Below, in pieces: positions 54,456-64,000 of a stretch of 64,000 bases of DNA. Source of the DNA: the human T2T-CHM13v2.0 reference genome, Homo sapiens. The number at the start of each line of letters is the position of its first letter. The stretch's first letter is position 1. Made by a program: the position numbers and the translations under genes. Where the stretch lies: the NCBI RefSeq assembly GCF_009914755.1, contig NC_060945.1. One strand, 5' to 3'. The notes beneath the pieces are model-generated. The model had not been told where the DNA came from, ran no database searches, and saw only the letters and a program-made list of their open reading frames with translations.

Positions 54456-57400
54456 TTTTTTTTTTTTTTTTTAAGCGCAACGCAACATGTCTGCCTTATT
54501 TGAGTGGCTTCCTATATCATTATAATTGTGTTATAGATGAAGAAACGGTATTAAACACTGTGCTAATGATAGTGAAAGTGAAGACAAAAGAAAGGCTATC
54601 TATTTTGTGGTTAGAATAAAGTTGCTCAGTATTTAGAGCTACCTAAATACGTCAGCATTTACACTCTTCCTAGTAAAAGCTGGCCAATCTGAATAATCCT
54701 CCTTTAAACAAACACAATTTTTGATAGGGTTAAGATTTTTTTAAGAATGCGACTCCTGCAAAATAGCTGAACAGACGATACACATTTAAAAAAATAACAA
54801 CACAAGGATCAACCAGACTTGGGAAAAAATCGAAAACCACACAAGTCTTATGAAGAACTGAGTTCTTAAAATAGGACGGAGAACGTAGCTATCGGAAGAG
54901 AAGGCAGTATTGGCAAGTTGATTGTTACGTTGGTCAGCAGTAGCTGGCACTATCTTTTTGGCCATCTTTCGGGCAATGTAACTACTACAGCAAAATGAGA
55001 TATGATCCATTAAACAACATATTCGCAAATCAAAAAGTGTTTCAGTAATATAATGCTTCAGATTTAGAAGCAAATCAAATGATAGAACTCCACTGCTGTA
55101 ATAAGTCACCCCAAAGATCACCGTATCTGACAAAATAACTACCACAGGGTTATGACTTCAGAATCATACTTTCTCTTGATATTTACTTATGTATGTATTT
55201 ATTTTTTTTAATTTATTTCTCTTGAGACGGCGTCTCGCTCTGTCGCCCAGGCTGGAGTGCGATGGTGTGATCTCGGCTCACTGCAACCGCCACCTCCCTG
55301 GGTTCAAGCGATTCTCCTGCCTCAGCCTCCCGAGTAGCTGGGACTACAGGTGCCCGCCACCACGCCCAGCTAATCTTTATACTTTTAATAGAGACGGGGT
55401 TTCACCGTGTCGGCCCGGATGGTCTCGATCTCTTGACCTCGTGACCCGCCCGCCTCGGCCTCCCAAAGTGCTGGGATGACAGGCGTGAGCCACTGAGCCC
55501 GGCCTTCTCTTGACGTTTAAACTATGAAGTCAGTCCAGAGAAACGCAATAAATGTCAACGGTGAGGATGGTGTTGAGGCAGAAGTAGGACCACACTTTTT
55601 CCTATCTTATTCAGTTGATAACAATATGACCTAGGTAGTAATTTCCTATGTGCCTACTTATACACGAGTACAAAAGAGTAAAACAGAGAGACTGCTAAAT
55701 TAAAGGGTACGTGAAGTTCTTCATAGTAACTCCGTAAACTGGAACACTGTCAAAAAGCAGCAGCTAGTGAATTGTTTCCATGTATTTTTCTATGATCCAA
55801 TAAGTGAACTATGCTATTCCTTTCCAGTCTCCCAAGCACTTCTTGTCCCCATCACCACTTCGGTGCTCGAAGAAAAAGTAACAAATCAAGGAACACAACT
55901 AAAGAAACACACACACAAACCAAAGACAACTACAGCGTCTGCAAAAGTTTGCTAGAAGACTGAAACTGTTGAGTATAAGGATCTGGTATTCTACGATCAT
56001 GAGTTCACTTCAGAGTTTGTTCAAGACATACGTTTCGTAAGGAAACATCTTAGTTAGAAGTTATTCAGCAGTAGGTACCATCCCTAAGTATTTTTCACCA
56101 AATTCGTGACAATAAAGAGCTATCTAACCAGAAAAATTAGCGAGTACCGGCACCATCCATAGGGCTTTGTCTTTACGCTTCATTAGCACTTACCATGCCT
56201 TACAATGTCTAGGATTGACCCTGATAGCATTTCGAAAACAAGCTAATGCTTTGTCCAGTTCTTCAGTGAAGACAAGCTCACGCCCTAATGCGCTATAGGC
56301 ATAAGCATCATTTGGATCCACTTCGAGAGTTCTCTGGAAGAATTGAATCGCAATATCGTGTTCCCGTTGCAGACCGAAACAGTTCCCTGCAGCACACCAG
56401 GCCTCTGGCTGGCGAATTTTTATCCATGTCTGTGAAGTCTTTGGACAGAACTGAAAGAGCAACCTCTTTCGGAGGATGCCAAAGTGTTGTAGAGTAGATC
56501 TCCATGCCTTCGACTCTGTAATTCTCAATCCTCCTAACCTCTGAGAATTGTCTTTCAGCTTGCGTGGACTCTGAAAGTTTACAATAGGCCCTTCCGATTT
56601 GGCACAGTACCCAACCGGTATTGCAGTGGTGAGAAGCTAGATGGCTCAAGATGCTGATAGCTTCTTTGCCGTGGTAAGAACACAAAGCTAAATAACCTTT
56701 CCCCCTTTCACGAAGAAGGCTCATCAAGCCTTCCGCTGCTGCTTTTTGTAGATTAAAAGCCTGAATCTGAGGCGCGATTGCGGCTATTTTCCCTTCTGAA
56801 ATGACGGAAGAGTCCAATTTTGTCACTTCCAGGCTATCACTTATGTTCGGTGGAGTTATTGCTCCTTTATTAGTTTTACTTTTGGTTCTTCTGTTTGGGA
56901 TTTTAGGTGGAAACTTCATTTTTAATTTTCTCCTATTCTCCTCGGTTGTGGAGCTGTCACTAGTCAAGAGTCGTGAATGTCTTCGAGGCGGTGCATTTGG
57001 GGGAGATGCCATAGTGGGGCTCAATACCTGAGGTGTTGCCCTTGTCGGCGGACCAGAACTTTGTGTTTTTGCAAGGACTGGAGTTACCTTTCGGCTCTTT
57101 CCCCTCTGCGAGAAGACAGACGGTGTTCCGGTTTGGCCGATTCTGGCAACAGGCTTTTTTGAAGGGGCTCCGGTGGATGGCACGTCAATGACAGACGGTG
57201 TCTCATACCAGTGCAGTTTTGTCAATAGGGTCCGTCTCCGGGACTTGGGGTTTCTAATGGCAAAATGCCAACACTTGGGGTTAATGGACTAACAGCTGCT
57301 GGTCCTCCTAATAAACTTCGACCAGTTTTTGGTTTATGTTGAACCTGTTTAGATCATATGGAAGTTCCTGTTCCCAGTGGGACAGTATCAGGTGAAAGGA

Positions 57401-58251
57401 CAGCTGAATCGATAGAAGACACTGGGGAGTCTGTATTCAAGGAGTACTTTGAATTGGAAGATTCTAAATTCCATCCGTTTCATTCGACGGTGTCCTGGGG
57501 TGTTTCCGTAAGAACGGTCTCGGGCTGTCTGTGACATAAACTAGGACGAGGTCCAAGTGTTGTGGCGCAACACTTGGACAGGCAGTTGCTAAAGCTCTCT
57601 AGAGAGGTGAATCAAAATGTTTGGTCAGGATCTGGCTTTTCCCCCCTATTTCACATCATGATTCAAAGGGACACCAGAGGAAAGGATTTCAACGAAGGCT
57701 CTTTTGGTCACATTCTGATCCTTTGGTAAGCCGATCTGTCTTGCAATATACATGTCCCGACGATGGAAGGGGAAAGCGAGCTGAATCACCAAACTCAGGA
57801 ACGATAATATCATCGTGGCTTTTCTGCTTATGAAACACTCCACCCGATAAGATTTGATCCCCTTCTGCAAGCTTGCTGAGATCAACACAACATTTCGCAA
57901 GCAGGCATTTGCATTGCGGGGTAGTACAACTGTGTCCTTTCAAGAGTCTATATGTTTTATAGGCCTTTCCTGAGCGGTAAGAACAGGTCGCCAGTAAGAA
58001 CAAGGCTTCTTCTGAGTGTACTTCTGCATAAAGGCGTTCTGCGGGGGAAACCGCATCTCGGTAGGCATAGTGGTTTAGTGCTTGCCATATAGCAGCCTGG
58101 ACGGGTCCCTGCAGCACCGCCATCCTCGAGGCTCAGGCCCACTTTCTGCAGTGCCACAGGCACCCCCCCCCCCCATAGCGGCTCCGGCCCGGCCAGCCCC
58201 GGCTCATTTAAAGGCACCAGCCGCCGTTACCGGGGGATGGGGGAGTCCGAG
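54456..58251 (-). pseudogene. CDC27P: CDC27 processed pseudogene, second unit copy
   Basis: Same ORFs as 10071-13866 at +44,385. Confidence 0.95.
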
Positions 58252-58776
58252 ACAGAATGACTTCTTTATCCTGCTGACTCTGGAAAGCCCGGCGCCTTGT
58301 GATCCATTGCAAACCGAGAGTCACCTCGTGTTTAGAACACGGATCCACTCCCAAGTTCAGTGGGGGGATGTGAGGGGTGTGGCAGGTAGGACGAAGGACT
58401 CTCTTCCTTCTGATTCGGTCTGCACAGTGGGGCCTAGGGCTGGAGCTCTCTCCGTGCGGACCGCTGACTCCCTCTACCTTGGGTTCCCTCGGCCCCACCC
58501 TGGAACGCCGGGCCTTGGCAGATTCTGGCCCTTCCTGGCCCTTCAGTCGCTGTCAGAAACCCCATCTCATGCTCGGATGCCCCGAGTGACTGTGGCTCGC
58601 ACCTCTCCGGAAACATTGGAAATCTCTCCTCTACGCGCGGCCACCTGAAACCACAGGAGCTCGGGACACACGTGCTTTCGGGAGAGAATGCTGAGAGTCT
58701 CTTGCCGACTCTCTCTTGACTTGAGTTCTTCGTGGGTGCGTGGTTAAGACGTAGTGAGACCAGATGTATTAACTCA

Positions 58777-63430
<4,654 letters not shown>

Positions 63431-64000
63431 TGTTGACTCATTTCGCTTTTTTATTTCTTTCGTTTCCACGCGTTTACTTATATGTATTAATGTAAACGTT
63501 TCTGTACGCTTATATGCAAACAACGACAACGTGTATCTCTGCATTGAATACTCTTGCGTATGGTAAATACGTATCGGTTGTATGGAAATAGACTTCTGTA
63601 TGATAGATGTAGGTGTTTGTGTTATACAAATAAATACACATCGCTCTATAAAGAAGGGATCGTCGATAAAGACGTTTATTTTACGTATGAAAAGCGTCGT
63701 ATTTATGTGTGTAAATGAACGAGCGTACGTAGTTATCTCTGTTTTCTTTCTTCCTCTCCTTCGTGTTTTTCTTCCTTCCTTTCTTTCTTTCTCTCCTTCT
63801 TTAGGTTTTTCTTCCTCTCTTCCTTTCCTTCTTTCTCTCTTTCTGTCCTTTTTTCCTTCGTGCTTTATTTCTCTTTCGTTCCCTGTGTTTCCTTCTTTTT
63901 TCTTTCCTCTCTGTTTCTTTTTCCCTTCTTTCCTTCGTTTCTTTCCTCATTCTTTCTCTCTTTTTCGTGTTTCTTTCCTTCCCGTCTGTCTTTTAAAAAA

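Overview
Human ribosomal DNA tandem array (acrocentric NOR). The window holds about 1.44 repeat units with a period of 44,385 bp: the ORF track for 1-19,615 recurs identically at 44,386-64,000. One complete Pol I 45S/47S transcription unit lies on the + strand: TSS 21037, 5'ETS, 18S 24677-26545, ITS1, 5.8S 27624-27780, ITS2, 28S 28949-~34022, 3'ETS. It is followed by three Sal-box terminator (R) repeats and the ~31 kb intergenic spacer (IGS). The IGS contains two ~4.2 kb long repeats with CT-rich blocks, a third CT block, many Alus, a minus-strand CDC27 processed pseudogene, the RGC p53 element, a ~90-bp repeat and the spacer-promoter/T0 region. There is no functional protein-coding gene; nearly all ORFs arise from low-complexity or very GC-rich sequence. 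I found no wholly new biological system. The most interesting observations are three. (1) A TSD-bounded 3.8 kb CDC27 retrocopy switches from spliced exons into apparent intron at an intact GTAAGT donor and ends in poly(A), suggesting a fossil intronic-polyadenylation isoform. (2) A duplicated CTCF-like plus RFX X-box module lies at two IGS positions 10 kb apart. (3) A recurrent TTA>TGA change appears across many Alus and the pseudogene.
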